From the NCBI RefSeq assembly GCF_009914755.1, contig NC_060931.1: a stretch of DNA of 64,000 nt; one strand, written 5' to 3'. The translations under genes and the position numbers were made by a program. Below the pieces are notes generated by a model. That model had not been told where the DNA came from and searched no databases. It saw only the letters and a program-made list of their open reading frames with translations. Origin of the DNA: the human T2T-CHM13v2.0 reference genome, Homo sapiens. The stretch's first letter is position 1; each line of letters starts with the position of its first letter. This document shows positions 1 to 10,630 of the stretch, one piece after another.

Positions 1-22
1 CCGGGCCGAAGGGGCTGTCCAC
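1..22 (-). CDS. PRKAG2: PRKAG2 exon 3, 5' end only (GTG GAC AGC CCC TTC GGC CCG G = VDSPFGP); continues past the left edge
   Basis: Minus strand reads tcgtctgtttttctgcag|GTGGACAGC: polypyrimidine tract plus AG acceptor at 24-23. The peptide continues AMPK gamma-2 directly after the exon 2 peptide (SSRK|VDSPFGP). Confidence 0.97.
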
Positions 23-580
23 CTGCAGAAAAACAGACGAATGGATGCAGTCACTCCACGCTCTGGACACGCTGCCTCCTGCCCTGTATGAAACTTATCA
101 TTGTCCCCTCTCACATGTGGGCCCCCCATAGTACCCTCCCAGAGAAACAGCCCTAAGCTCTTCCACAGAGGTAGCCACTGAATGGTCTGCAGGTAGCACC
201 TGCCCCAAGGATGGCCCCTCACAGGCTGGCAGCACCACGTCCTGGAGGTCCACTGACCATCCTGTCCCACTCCTTAGAAGGGGCTTCCAGGAGGTAGAGG
301 GGAGGAAGGGAAGTGGAGCTCAAAATGAGCGTCTCCCTCCTTTATTATGGGCCTGCCTGCCTTCACCTCTCAAGACCTCACGTCCATCCAAGTTCTGACC
401 ACACAGGACTGCAGTCCTCTTGCCTGCCTATAAGATCCCTATGTTCCAGAACAGAGCAGGCCTGGAGCTCCATCCTGAGACCTCAGTCCTAGGTGATGAT
501 GAATTTTTCACCTCCAAGCTGCTTCAGCATTTGAAAGACTGAGGTTGCCAACAGAAGTCAGGAGAAAAGTTCACAAAGCC

Positions 581-875
581 AGCCGGGTACGGTGACTCAC
601 GCCTGTAATCCCAGCATTTTGGAAGGCCGAGGCGGGTGGATCAACTGAGGTCAGGAGTTTGAAACCAGCCTGGCCAACATGGTGAAACCCCATCTCTACT
701 AAAAATAAAAAAATAAAAAAATAATTAGCTGGGCATGGTGGCGGGCGCCTGTAATCCCAGCTACTCAGGAGGCTGAGGCAGGAGAATCTCTTGAACCCCG
801 AAGGCGGAGGTTGCAGTGAGCCGAGATGGCGCCATTGCACTCCAGCCTGGGCAACAAAACGAGACTCCATTTCAA
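581..875 (+). mobile_element. AluS (Sq/Sp-like)
   Basis: Full dimer. TSD aagtt(c/a)acaaagcc at 567-580 and 1029-1042. Confidence 0.95.
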
Positions 876-1030
876 GAGAAAGGAAAGAAAGGAAGGAAGG
901 AAGGAAGGAAGGAAGGAAGGAAGGAGGGAGGGAGGGAGGGAGGGAGGGAGGGAGGGAGGGAAGGAAAGAAGGAAGGAAGGAAGGAAGGAAGGAAGGAAGG
1001 AAGGAAGGAAGGAAAGAAGGAAAGAAGGAA
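876..1030 (+). repeat. Compound (GGAA)8(GGAG)9...(GGAA)11 microsatellite derived from the Alu tail
   Basis: Pure purine tract lying inside the Alu TSDs. Confidence 0.97.
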
Positions 1031-1239
1031 GTTAACAAAGCCCCAAACCTCTGAGACTCACTTCACCAATGATTTAAAATTCTAGTCATGGCTTAAAAAA
1101 TTATCAGACCCCATAACTTTAAGCCAAGGCACAGAGCTCATAGCAGACTTTGAGAAATATCTCACGTGCCCGCAGCCGTGTTCCTGCTGGATGCGTGGAG
1201 GAGCTCCTGCCCTGCCTCTGGGTGCCGGTATTTGGCCCC

Positions 1240-1405
1240 TGCTCTGCCACCTGCTGAGCCAACCTGGGCATGTTACTTGGTCTCACCGAGCCTCAGCTCC
1301 CTCATCTGTAAAATGAGGATGGCCGTGCCCTCACCTCAAGGGCTGCTTGAACGTCAGATGAAGCCGCGTGAGGCCAGGAAGCACACGGTGCGTGGTAAAC
1401 AGCTC
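1240..1405 (+). mobile_element. MIR fragment
   Basis: Core motif gagcctcagctccctcatctgtaaaatgaggat. Confidence 0.7.
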
Positions 1406-1479
1406 TTGTCCTACCACTTGGGAAACTTGCAAGCAACACTGAGTGGAAAGGACCTCAGAGATGACCCAGTTCAGAAGCA

Positions 1480-1850
1480 AGAAGGGCGAGTAACTCGTCC
1501 GCAGCGCTCGCGGGGAGCCAGGACCAGGGCAGACGCGGGAAATACTGCCCTCGGGCGGCCGCGCTGTGCTGAAAAGGGAACACAGGACACCCCACAGGCA
1601 GCCTCGGTGCCACTTCGGGGTCTCTCTGTCCCACCACGGGGTGCGCTGTCCGGACCGCGGCCTGGGGACGTTCTTCCGCCACTAGAGGGCGGCCCAAGCC
1701 CCGAGCCCGCGGCCCCGGGAGGATAGGATGCCCGTGGCGTGGACCCGCGCAGCACAGCCTCCCCGCGCGGCCTCTCCAGCCGAAAGAGCCGGCGCCGCCA
1801 CGTGGAGGTGTAGGTCCGGCCTGGCGCGGACACCTTCGTGAGTGGGCCCG
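1480..1850. promoter_or_regulatory. Small intragenic CpG-island-like element in intron 2, with a CTCF motif and a CCACGTGG E-box (1798-1805)
   Basis: Very high GC and CpG density relative to the flanks; not a recognisable repeat. Confidence 0.7.
1676..1694 (+). promoter_or_regulatory. CTCF motif CCGCCACTAGAGGGCGGCC
   Basis: Core CCACTAGAGGGCG matches the CTCF consensus CCASYAGRKGGCR. Confidence 0.75.
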
Positions 1851-1904
1851 GCAGGAAGAAGAGTGTGGTGCTATAGGACCTTGTAACTCAAGCTAAGTTT
1901 TGAG

Positions 1905-2096
<192 letters not shown>

Positions 2097-2221
2097 GACC
2101 ATTTAATATGAAAAGCATTTAGATTCTCTGTTTATAGAATATCCCAGTTAGCCACTATTCCACCTAACTATGGGAATCAGGACAAATCCTGAGAATAAAT
2201 TTACAAACAAGAGATTCTTCA

Positions 2222-2495
2222 GGCAGGGGGTGGTGTCTCACACCTGTAATCCCAGCACTTTGGGAGGCCGAGGTGGGTGGATCACCTGAGCTCGACCAGC
2301 CTGGGCAACATGGCAAAACCCTGTCTCTACAAAAAATACAGAAATTAGCCAGGTGTGGTGGCCTGTAGTCCCAGCTACTCAAGCAGCTGAGGTGGGAGGA
2401 TCACTTGAGCCCCAGAGATGGAGGTGGAGGTTGCAGTGAGCAAGGTGACACTACTGTACTCCAGCCAGCTTGGGTACAGAGCAAGACCCTGTCTC

Positions 2496-2523
<28 letters not shown>
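2222..2523 (+). mobile_element. AluJ
   Basis: Dimer with A-tail. TSD aagag(a/g)ttcttc at 2209-2220 and 2522-2533. Confidence 0.93.
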
Positions 2524-2527
<4 letters not shown>

Positions 2528-5053
2528 TTCTTCTTCAAGTGGTGGGTGCTGTGTGTGCAGGTCTAGGGTGGGATGGGGGCTGAGAGAAGCCAGTAGGAAC
2601 AACACACACAGGGACCAGGGTGGTCCTATCACAAGGTGACATAAGCTGGTCCTGGGTGGAGGCCCGGGTTTGGTCACAGCTCAGTTTCCCGCAATGTGGA
2701 CAACGACTTGGTTGTCCAAGCCTCGTTCCCAGGGCTGAGACAATCACGACAGCAGCCTCGAGGGTGTGAACCGGAAGAGGAGCCGAGGCCACATGGGAGG
2801 ACCGGAGGGAGGGGTGGGATTTTGGAGCTGCTGGAAAGGTGAGCCCGGACCTGGTGCATGGACGTGCTCTGTTTACAGCATAGGGAGTTTGCTGGGGAGC
2901 CGGGGGAGAGGGCCGAGCCAATGCAAATGTCCAGTCCTACAGGGAAACAGAGACACATAGGGGAGCGGGGCCCCAGGAGAGCTTGCAGAGTGCCCACAAG
3001 GCCGAAGCACCATAAGCACCATGCAGATGGATAAATGGCCCGGAGCTGAAACCTGCCCCTTAACAGAGGCCCTGACCCAGAGGAGGCCCTGACAGCTGGC
3101 TAGGCTTCAGAGACGCAATGACAGGGCCGGGGAGGTGTCCAGTGCCCAGAGACAGAGGAGAAGGGGTTTGAAGCACAGAGACAGAGGGCCGGCCATTCAC
3201 TTGGGCCACCATGAGGGTGGGGGTCACGGGGGAAGTTGAGCCATGAGCCCCTGGAGAACCAGTCATGAAAGGCCAGTTTAACCATATTTGATGAGCAAGG
3301 GGGACCCCAGGATTATCCTGAATGGGGTTCCATTCTGTATTCTGAATCCAGGCCAGTGGAGTCGGGCATCCAGGGATCAGGCCTGAGGAGGGAGCCCTAG
3401 GAAGCAGCCCTGCCAGTCCTGTCTCTGAAAAATGGCCGAAGCATGCTGGATGCTGGGCCCTGTCTGACCCCTCTCACCGGGAACCTTGGGGGCCAGATCA
3501 CACTCCCAGACGGTGGGAAAGCCAGGCGGAGGGACAGGCCTGCTGGGGTGGGCTGCGTGGCGGTGCAGATAACAGGCGCCAGCTGAAGCCACCAGGGACA
3601 GGGCCTCAGGCCTTGCTCTTGGGCAAGCTATAGCCAAATGATATGTTGGTGAATGCAACCGGATGATTCCCCGGGTATTGACAAGACTCCCAAGTGTGTG
3701 CCTGGCTCCGCAGAGCTAATGGAGAGCAGGCATTCAGCCGTCTGCGGAGCAGAGCTCTGCCTATGGGGCCATTTGTCATGCAGCTGCCAGAGAGGAAGCT
3801 GGGGCCAGGGCCTGGCTGTGGCCCCTGTGTCTCTCCCACACTCTCAGATCTTCCGTGCAAGGTTTTCACTGGAAAGAAGGGTTTTGCAGAGTCAAACAGG
3901 AGGAAGACGACCCAGTGCCCGCGGGGCTGGTCCCACAGCCTTGCACGGGGTTGGTGGCCCCTTCCTGCCACTCCACTCTCTGCTGGCCCAGAAGCTCAAG
4001 GCCATTCCCTGGCAGTCTTTGCTGGATGGGCCACGAGAGCTGCTAATAAGGTTGCTTGTTCAGGGCAGGGCGGGGAGGGCACTGGCACCAGTGGAGCCCC
4101 ACAGGCCGACACCAATTTGATTCAGTTGTGTGTAATTCAAATGCTTAAAGAGGAGATTTGCTTTTTCCAGCATGGGAACTCCTGCCTTCATCCCAGGCTA
4201 GCCGGCACCCAGAACCCATCCCAGACCCTGTACGTAGCCCCCAGATCACTAGCTCTGTCTGCTGTCACCTGCCGGAGGGGTCTGTGGGTGGCAGAATGCC
4301 AGGAAGCACGTCCCCTACCAGGCCTCCACCCACCCTTACTTCCTGGCTGCAGGAGAAACCTGCAAGCAGCCTGGACCTCTGCGCCCTGCCACGGCCACCT
4401 CGACCCTCACCTGATGCTGTGGCTCCCTCTCCAGAGCCCCCCACCCCACCCCACACTCTTTCTGGCCACCTGACCCTACACAGTCAACAACCTCCTCGAG
4501 ACACTAGTTTCCTAATGGGAGGGAAATTCACCAGTGCAGGAGGGACGGCGAGGAGCTAAAGAGAGGAAAGGAAAAGTGGAAAGAGAGAAAAAGGCGTGTG
4601 GAGAGGGTGCAACACGAGGTGGAAGGAGAGAGCCCAGCGCTGGGGGTGGGCGCTGGTGGGCAGCAGGGCAAAGTCCTGCCAGTCGAACTCAGCCCAAAGA
4701 CCACAGATGGTCGGCAGTGACCGATACCTTCCACCGGGCTTAGCTCACTGCTCATCTTCCTCCACTGCCTCTGCCCATGTTAGGGGGGTCTAGTGGGCCA
4801 CAGTCAGTGCCACGTGAGGAGAAGAAAAAGGGGTGAAGCCCAGGAGGCTCTCTAGTGGGATAGCCCGGCCGATACGCCAGGCTTGGCCATGCGAGGTGAG
4901 CTGTCGCAGGATGGGCTCGGTTACGGCCAGGTGTGCAAGCGGGCATGCGGGTGGGCGTGAGGGTGAACACACAGGTGGAAGTGGGCTCAGGCTCTGCCTG
5001 CCTCCGTGGCACCTCAAGTGAGCTGTGAGAAACTTCTGGAAAGGAGGTCTTAC

Positions 5054-5125
5054 CTTTCGAGAGGAATGCTTTCCGGAACCCTCCAGGTCTCCGTCCAGGA
5101 GCGGCATGGCGAAGGAGCTCAGGTC
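5054..5125 (-). CDS. PRKAG2: PRKAG2 exon 2 (72 nt, phase 0-0): DLSSFAMPLLDGDLEGSGKHSSRK; contains the internal ATG at 5107-5105
   Basis: Acceptor ccctag|GAC and donor AAG|gtaaga. Translation matches the recognised N-terminal sequence of human AMPK gamma-2. Confidence 0.98.
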
Positions 5126-6244
5126 CTAGGGTGGACAGAGAGCACGTGGTCAGTGACAGTGGCCCTCGGGCCCAGGGGCTGCATGGAACTCTACGTGGGT
5201 GTCACCTCCCCCTTCCTGAGACCTTATCCTTCAAATCCACCATGAAGAAGGGATGTGGACGTGTTTGCTACACCCAGCCCCCAAAGCCCCTGACCACCAT
5301 GCACATCCGCTTCCAGAACGTGCAGTCAAACTTCCAGGAGCAGCCATGACCTCCCAACACCCCAGGGAAGGAGGAAAGAAGAAATGGCTGGGAGTAAAGG
5401 AGTCAGGAAGGCAGGCAGAAAGGGTGGAGGGAGGAGAGCCCGTCTCAGGCTATTCTGCTGATGGACATGATTTTACCCCACAGCACGGAACATGGGTCCA
5501 GGGACATGTGTCTGCCTAGGAAGATGATGGGACAGGGATGGGGAGGGTGACACTGGGGTGGCGGCTGAGGCAAAACTATTAGCAGAGTCTAATGACATCG
5601 TGGCCAAAACAGAGTCTAAAATAGATTTGGGGAAAGTAGCTCACCACACACTTATTGTGTCTGAAACAGCCCTGCCCCTTCTTCCTCTTGAATCTTGCCT
5701 CCACACCAGGCAGAATCCTGCCCAGTCATCCTCAAATCGGGCACAGCTGCATCCCTAACCTTTCTTTTTCATTTTAAAGTTTTTAGTTGTGGTAAAATAC
5801 ACATAACATAAAATTTGCCATCTCAACCATTTTAAGTGTGCGGTTTGGTGGCATGAAGCACATTGACACTGCTGTGTAGCCGTCACCACTGTCATCTCTA
5901 GAACCTTTCCATCTTCTCAAACCAAAACGCTGTTCCCATCAAACACTAACTCCCCCTCCCCCTCCCCCTAGTGCTTGGCAACCACCCTCCTATCTCTTTG
6001 AATCTGACCACTCTAGGTACCTCATATAAGTAGCATCAGGCAGTATTTGTGACTGTCTGACTCCACTTAGCATAATGTCTTCAAGGCTCCTCCAGGTGGT
6101 AGTGTGTGCCACAGTTCCCTTCCTTTTGAAGGCTGAATAATATTCCATTGTATGAGTAGACCACATTCCGCTTACGCATTCATCAGTTGATGGACATTTG
6201 GGTTGCTTCTACCTTCTGACTATTGTGAATAACGCTGCTATGAG

Positions 6245-6644
6245 TGTTATGGTATGAATTGTGTCTCCCTTCCCACCAAAAAAAATCTATATGTTGAAGT
6301 CCTGCCCCCCAGGACCTCAGAATGTGACTGTATTTGGAGATAGGGTCTTTAAGCAGGCAATTAATTTAAAATGAGGTCATTAAGGTGGGCCCTAGTCCAA
6401 TATGACTGGTGTCCTTCAAGGAAGAGATTAGGACACAGGCACCTACAAGACAGAGACCACACATAGAGACACAGGGAGAAGACAGCTACCAACCCAAAGA
6501 GAGGGGCCCCAGAAAAACCAACCCTGCTGATATTTTGATCTTAGACTTCTAGCCTCCAGAATCATGAGAAAACATATTTCTGTTGTTTAAGCCACCCCAC
6601 TTAATCTGTAGTGCTTTGCTATGGCAGCCTAGCAAACCAATATA
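6245..6644 (+). mobile_element. MLT1B/C-like MaLR solo LTR nested in the L1
   Basis: tgttatggtatgaattgtgtc...cctcagaatgtgactgtatttggagatagggtc...ctatggcagcctagcaaaccaata. Confidence 0.88.
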
Positions 6645-6969
6645 ATAGGTGTACGAATATCTCTTCAGGACCCTGCTTTCAATTCTTTCCAGTTATCCCC
6701 AGAAGTGGAACTGCTGGACATCAGGTCATCCTACTGTCAATTTTTTGAGGAGCCACTAAACTGTTTTCTGCAGCAGCCACCCCATTTTACTTTCCCACCC
6801 ACAGTACACAGGGTTTCAATTTCTCCACATCCTCATCAACACTTGTTATCTTTGGTCTTTGTTTTCTGTGACAGCCATCTTAAGTGGGCGTGAGCTGGTA
6901 TCTCATTGTGGTTTTGATTTGCATTTCTTGGATAATTAGTGATGTTGAATATCTTTTCATCTGCTTATC

Positions 6970-7083
6970 GGCCACTTGTCTATCATCTTTGGAGAAATGT
7001 CTATTCAGGCCATTTGTCTGACTTGTTTGGAGAAATGTCCATTCAGGCCATTTGTCTATCTTGTTTGGAGAAATGTCTATTCA
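6970..7083. repeat. 38-bp tandem triplication inside the L1
   Basis: ggcca(c/t)ttgtct...tttggagaaatgtc(t/c)attca, three copies starting at 6970, 7008 and 7046. Confidence 0.9.
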
Positions 7084-10000
7084 ACTCCTTTGCCCATTTT
7101 TTAATTGGGTTGATTGTGGTTGAATTGTTTATATATTCTGGTTATTAACCCCTTATCAGATACATGACTTGCAAATATTTTCCTCCATTCTGTGGGTTGC
7201 CTTTTTACTCTGCTGTGTCCTTTGATGTACAGAAGTCTTTGATTTATCTAATTTGCCTTTTGTTGCCTGTGCTTTTGGTGTTGTATTCAAGAAATCACTG
7301 CCAAATTCAGTGTCATGAAGCTTTTCCCGTATGTTTTCTTCTAAGAGTTTTATATTTTATGGTTTTAGCTCTTATATTTAGGTCTTTGACCTATGTAAAT
7401 TTTTGTATATGGTATAAACGTAAGGGTGCAATTTCATTCTTTTACATGTAGATAGCCAGTTTTCCCAGCACTATTTGTTGAAAAGATGGTCCTTTCCCAG
7501 TTGAATAGTCTTGGCATGACTGTGGAACGTCATTTGACTTTATCTCTGAGAGTTTATTTCTGGGCTCTCCATTCCATTCCATTGGTCTATATGTCTGTAT
7601 TTTATGGTAGTATTACACTGTTTTGATTATTGTGGCCTTATAGTAAGTTTAAAATTGGGAAATGTGAGACCTCCAACTTTGTTCTTCTTTTTTTCAAGAC
7701 TATTTTCCCTATTTAGGGTCCCTTAAGATTCCACATGAATTTTAGGATAGACTAATTGTTCTGTTTTTGGAAAAAAATGCCACTGGGATTTTGATAGGGA
7801 TTGCACTGAATCTATAGACCACTTTGGGTAGTCCTGACCTCTTAACAATATCGCCTCCCAATCCATAAACATAGGATGTGTTTTCATTTATTTGCGTGTC
7901 TTCTTTCATTTCCACCTTTCATTTCCTTCTGTAGTGTTCTGTGCACTTAACCTTTCTTTAACCCATTCCCTTCTCTCCACGTCCTTGCCCTGGGGGTCCA
8001 GGCCTACACCCACTCTCACCCAGTTCCCTCTTGGGCCACCTAATTATTGTCCAAATTGTTCAGCCTTCCCTGTTTGGATCTGTGCTCCAAGTCTCTGCTT
8101 AAAGAGCAACCCCTGAAAGGGTGAGCCTCATCACGTCAGCCCCCTGCTAAGGCCCCAGCCACTCGTACCGTCACCTCAGCAATGGCTTCCAGGCCTGGCT
8201 GACTGAGACACGCCAGTGAGATCTCAGATGTGCAGATTCCAGACTCAGCCTTTCTGGTGGTGTTTATCTCCAAAGTTCTCAGCCCTGGCTGCACACTGAC
8301 ATCACCTGGGGAGCATGGGTAGAGTGCACTGGCCTGCGGTACAGCGAGGGCATTTGGAAATTCCACCACAGACCAGATGGAGAGCTGCGTGCCTCCCAAG
8401 GAGGAGTCTCAGGAGTCTCAGACACAGTCAGGAGCTCCCAGCCGGCCCTGCAGGCTGCAACCCAAGCCCCATAGATGAACTGACCTCCGCAGCCTTATTT
8501 CTGATGTTCTCTGTTCCGGTCTCCTCCTTTCAGCAACAGCCCAGGCAGAGGGTTTGTCATTTTCCAAACACAGCTATGCATCCATGGACATCCCACCTGG
8601 AATGCTGTCTTAACTCCTCAGACACTTCTGTTCATGGCTACCATCCACCCCTCCTGTGAACTGCTCTCATTTTGCTTCAGCCACTCAGGGACAGCTCCAG
8701 GGTCCCATCCCCAGCCCCCAGCATGAAGCCCGGCCCATAGCAATGCAGGAATCACCCTGGTGCCATTCACCAAACACCCCAAGCCCTTTCCTTCCTCTGA
8801 GCTCTCTTTCCTTCCTCTTGCTCTTCCTGCTCCGTGTCCCCAAATCCTGGCTCACAGAGTAAACTCCTATGTGTCCTGCAAAGCCCAAGTCAAACACACT
8901 CTCTGGCTGAGAGTCACCCTCAGACAGAATTAATTATCTCTTATTAATTATCCTAGACTGTGTCCCACAGTACTTTAGATACACCTTTATTACCAGACTG
9001 ATAATCCCGTATTATACTCATCTATCAGTTTATTTCTCTAACTAGACTTTGAATCCATCCCTGGCAAGAGGAAAGCTACCCACCTCTCTATTCTTGGCCT
9101 CATACTGTACCCGGCAGGCAGCAGGTTCCAGATGTGTTTGAATTAACTCCCCGACCAAGCACCCTCTTGCGCCTGCAGCAAGCATGGGGCCGCAGAGTCT
9201 GTGCCGCTGGGCCAGTGAACCATCAGGCCACACGCAGTTGCAATTCACTAGGAAGTGACGAGGGACCAGGGTGGGTCTCTTATCGCCCATTTTAATGAGC
9301 ACATTCCTCTCTGGTTTCAAATTCTCATTACCCTCTAACATTTGTTCAGCACCAGCAGTTTCCACATGCAGAAGCTTTTTCACAAATCCTCACTTGCTCC
9401 TCATGCAACCCTAAGCAGCATCCTGCTCTAACAACTGAGGCCGAGGAGGTTCAAAGGGACTCACGTCAAGATGGTGTAAAAGAGCTGAGGGCCGGATGTG
9501 AGGCCTGCTGCTAGCTCAGGCTGCCCGTGGACCCCAGGCGGCTGCCCGGAGTGGTGGAGGCAGGTCCCACGCAGGTGTCTCGGGCTGGAGTGAGTATGAA
9601 AGCATCAAGTCAAGCCCAACATCGTGGCCTGCTGCGTGGCTGCTGGACTCAGGTGTGTGTGCCTGCCTGGTCATGCAGCCCAACAGGGAAGTCCCCTGGC
9701 ACAGATGGCAGGCTTTGCTGGAAGGCTCCCCACCCCCAATCCCACCTCCCAGCAAGTCCCAGTATTCTAATCTTGGCTCTCATCTCCAGAGCTCACCAGG
9801 AAACATCACGCATCTTGGGGCCGGTGTGGGAAAATCTCTAACTGCAACTATGGCAACTAGAGTCTTGGCTTGTAGAATACTTAGGACCTGGTGTCTCGGG
9901 TGACATGCCAGAAGGCCCAGGCTCCTGGATGTGCCCCATTCCCGTGATTTCTAAATTTAAAACTCCTGCCAGAGCTTTGGGCCTTCCCCACCACTGGTCT

Positions 10001-10439
10001 CTACTCCCAGTCCAGTCCCTCACTTCCTCTTCCCGTCTGCCGGCCACTCAGGCCCTCACAGGACTGGGAGGACATTTAGGGGGCAACGCTGAGGCACCAA
10101 GAGATGCTGAAGCCCTGATTTCCGCCAAGAGACAGCTTTAGCACTCTGATTTTCATCCGCTGCACAAAATGTAAGTCAGACCTTGACCACATGTGTTGGA
10201 GATAAAAAGGTGAATTTTCAGGATTTGGACTGATAAAGTCACCTGTCAGAAAAGCATCAGGACCAAAGAGAAAAGCCCTAAATCTGAGAGAATTCCTGAG
10301 ATGTAAGCTGACCTTAAAAGCAACTCATTCATCCATCTCGCTGCCTTAGAAATCCAGGCAAAAGCCAAAAGTCTATCACAAAAAAAGTGAAGTATTAACG
10401 ACAGAGCCAACATTAATCTGACATTAGTATGTCCTTCTG

Positions 10440-10630
10440 AAATCTCCCAACTGTTGCCTCATTTGGTCCTTACAGCAACCCACACAAGTAGGAAAGACAA
10501 GTGGTATCATCCCCGACTATAGATGAAGATACTGAGGGTCAGAGAGGTTAAGTCATTTGCCCAATGCCAGAGAATCAGACAGTAGCAAGCATGTCCTGTA
10601 ACCAGGTCCACCTGCTCCTAGCTCAGAACT
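10440..10630 (-). mobile_element. MIR fragment
   Basis: tatagatgaagatactgagggtcagagaggttaagtcatttgcccaa. Confidence 0.7.

Larger units (their letters stand above)
5770..7900 (-). mobile_element. Old L1 (L1MB-like 3' region) interrupted by an MLT1 LTR
   Basis: Typical antisense L1 motifs, e.g. tggacatttgggttgcttc, ttcccagcactatttgttgaaaaga, gatagggattgcactgaatcta. Confidence 0.9.

Noticed and set aside
571-1085. ORFs with LPSF/GRKE repeats and Alu-like peptides (also at 16873, 21561, 45640, 57166)
   Set aside because: Translations of microsatellite and Alu sequence.
3694-4473. 259-aa plus-strand ORF in intron 2
   Set aside because: Non-ATG start, antisense to PRKAG2, and no recognisable protein features.
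4790-5107. 105-aa ORF starting MPLLDGD as a standalone gene
   Set aside because: Only the first 18 codons are real (PRKAG2 exon 2). The rest is read-through past the strong donor at 5053.
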